IMG/VR virus record: IMGVR_UViG_2778260994_000003
Span: 1-26,772 of that record
Strand: one strand, 5' to 3'
Length of the DNA: 26,772 bases
Source of the DNA: a virus
Lineage: Duplodnaviria; Heunggongvirae; Uroviricota; Caudoviricetes
The notes beneath the pieces are model-generated. The model was not told the DNA's origin. It did no database searches and saw only the letters and a list, made by a program, of their open reading frames with translations. The position numbers and the translations under genes were made by a program. Shown piece by piece: positions 25,137 through 26,772 of the stretch (its first letter is position 1; every line of letters begins with the position of its first letter).

Positions 25137-25205
25137 TGTTCAACCATCGCCGGTTGTGACTGGTATTCTGCAACCGGCGCTCATCTGAAGTAAGAGATAA
25201 AAGCG

Positions 25206-25457
25206 ATGAGCGAAGTAATCATGATTGTCTCTCCCGGTAAATGGGTATCCGAAGAACAGCTAATTGCGCTGAAAGGAATAAAAAAGGGAACGCTAAAAAA
25301 AGCCAGGGAAAAATCGTTTATGGAAGGAAGGGAATATAAGCATGTAGCCCATGACGGTATGCCATGGGATAACAGCCCATGCTTTTACAACCTGGAAGAA
25401 ATTGATCGCTGGATTGAACGTCAGGCATCAGCAAGACCAAGACGTCATCTTACTTGA
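25206..25457 (+). CDS. Excisionase-like protein
   Basis: 83 aa immediately upstream of int, with W...NSPCFYNLEEIDRWIE resembling small phage excisionases. Confidence 0.5.
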   Translation: MSEVIMIVSPGKWVSEEQLIALKGIKKGTLKKAREKSFMEGREYKHVAHDGMPWDNSPCFYNLEEIDRWIERQASARPRRHLT

Positions 25458-25491
25458 CTAAAAACAATACTAACCAATGAGAGAAGCTAAA

Positions 25492-26772
25492 ATGAAATAT
25501 CCGACAGGCGTGGAAAACCATGGAGGGAAATTACGTATCTGGTTTGTTTATAAAGGTGTAAGAGTCAGGGAAAATCTGGGGGTTCCTGACACGACAAAAA
25601 ACAGGCGCATTGCAGGTGAGCTGCGCGCCTCTGTTTGTTATGCAATAAAAACCGGCGTTTTCGACTATGCAAAACAGTTTCCCTCCTCACACAATCTGGA
25701 AAAATTTGGTGAGGCCCGACAAGATTTAACCATAAAGGAACTGGCTGAAAAATTTCTGGCACTGAAAGAAACGGAAGTCGCAAAAACGTCACTCAACACG
25801 TACCGTGCCGTCATCAAAAATATTATGAGCATAATCGGTGAAAAAAATCTTGCATCGTCGATTAATAAAGAAAAATTGCTGGCGGTACGTAAAGAGTTAC
25901 TTACTGGATACCAGATCCCCAAAAGTAATTATATTGTTACGCAACCGGGGAGATCGGCTGTCACCGTAAATAATTACATGACAAATCTTTACGCCGTGTT
26001 CCAGTTTGGTGTTGATAACGGTTACCTGGCAGATAATCCGTTTAAGGGGATCTCGCCATTAAAGGAATCAAGAACCATTCCTGATCCTCTTTCACGGGAG
26101 GAATTTATCCGTCTTATCGACGCCTGCAGAAATCAGCAGGCCAAAAATTTATGGTGTGTTTCTGTTTATACAGGCATTCGCCCTGGTGAACTGTGTGCGC
26201 TTGGGTGGGAGGACATAGATCTGAAAAATGGAACAATGATGATCAGGAGAAATTTAGCAAAAGATCGTTTTACGGTACCGAAAACACAGGCTGGTACCAA
26301 TCGGGTAATTCACCTTATCAAGCCTGCAATCGACGCTCTCAGGAGTCAGATGACACTAACGAGGCTGAGCAAAGAACATATTATTGACGTTCACCTCAGA
26401 GAGTTCGGCAGAACAGAAAAACAAAAATGCACCTTTGTTTTTCAACCTGAAGTGTCAGCGAGAGTAAAAAATTATGGTGACCATTTTACCGTTGACTCAA
26501 TAAGGCAGATGTGGGACGCAGCGATAAAGCGCGCTGGCCTCCGCCACCGCAAATCATATCAGTCGAGACATACTTATGCCTGCTGGTCGCTGACAGCCGG
26601 TGCCAACCCGGCATTCATAGCAAACCAGATGGGACATGCAGATGCGCAAATGGTGTTTCAGGTATACGGGAAATGGATGTCTGAAAACAATAATGCACAG
26701 GTAGCCCTGCTAAATACACAGCTAAGCGAGTTTGCCCCAACCATGCCCCAAAACGAGGTGGCGCAAAATTAA
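25492..26772 (+). CDS. Tyrosine integrase (IntR/IntQ-like)
   Basis: N-terminus KYPTGVENHGGKLRIWF and C-terminus HRKSYQSRHTYACWSLTAGANPAFIANQMGH...VYGKWM match remembered Rac IntR. Probable start at 25492; the track ORF begins at 25477. Confidence 0.9.
   Translation: MKYPTGVENHGGKLRIWFVYKGVRVRENLGVPDTTKNRRIAGELRASVCYAIKTGVFDYAKQFPSSHNLEKFGEARQDLTIKELAEKFLALKETEVAKTSLNTYRAVIKNIMSIIGEKNLASSINKEKLLAVRKELLTGYQIPKSNYIVTQPGRSAVTVNNYMTNLYAVFQFGVDNGYLADNPFKGISPLKESRTIPDPLSREEFIRLIDACRNQQAKNLWCVSVYTGIRPGELCALGWEDIDLKNGTMMIRRNLAKDRFTVPKTQAGTNRVIHLIKPAIDALRSQMTLTRLSKEHIIDVHLREFGRTEKQKCTFVFQPEVSARVKNYGDHFTVDSIRQMWDAAIKRAGLRHRKSYQSRHTYACWSLTAGANPAFIANQMGHADAQMVFQVYGKWMSENNNAQVALLNTQLSEFAPTMPQNEVAQN

Overview
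Almost the whole window (about 1.3 kb to the end) is a defective lambdoid prophage of an Escherichia-like enterobacterium, lying next to an MHS-family transporter gene (ydfJ-like, 1..1284, minus strand) that appears 5'-truncated. Reading right to left in phage order: integrase and excisionase-like gene (25206..26772), a large RecE-like exonuclease, a CI-like repressor divergent from a Cro-like gene with three GTAAC-N4-GTTAC operator palindromes, a YdaT-like gene, an O-like replication initiator with internal iterons, then a cargo block (BetT-like BCCT transporter, DUF2254-like membrane protein, an AT-rich HEPN-motif protein, an Mrr-like nuclease-domain protein, a Hok toxin), then a DUF968 protein, RusA and antiterminator Q. 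Between Q and the lysis genes sit an opposite-strand low-GC gene whose N-terminus resembles HslV/proteasome beta Ntn-hydrolases plus a 49-aa ORF, an orphan DNA methyltransferase and two phage tRNAs (Thr-UGU, Gly-UCC). The lysis cassette (two membrane proteins, GH108-type endolysin), Bor lipoprotein, a lambda-like cos site, a truncated Nu1 terminase gene fused to a tail-fibre remnant, and a tail-fibre chaperone complete the element; head and tail genes are deleted. The two most interesting candidates for undescribed systems are the HslV-like cassette and the HEPN-like/Mrr-like pair next to hok. All calls come from reading the sequence and from remembered family features; no searches were run. 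ORF coordinates follow the supplied track; hand-derived small features may be off by 1-2 nt.
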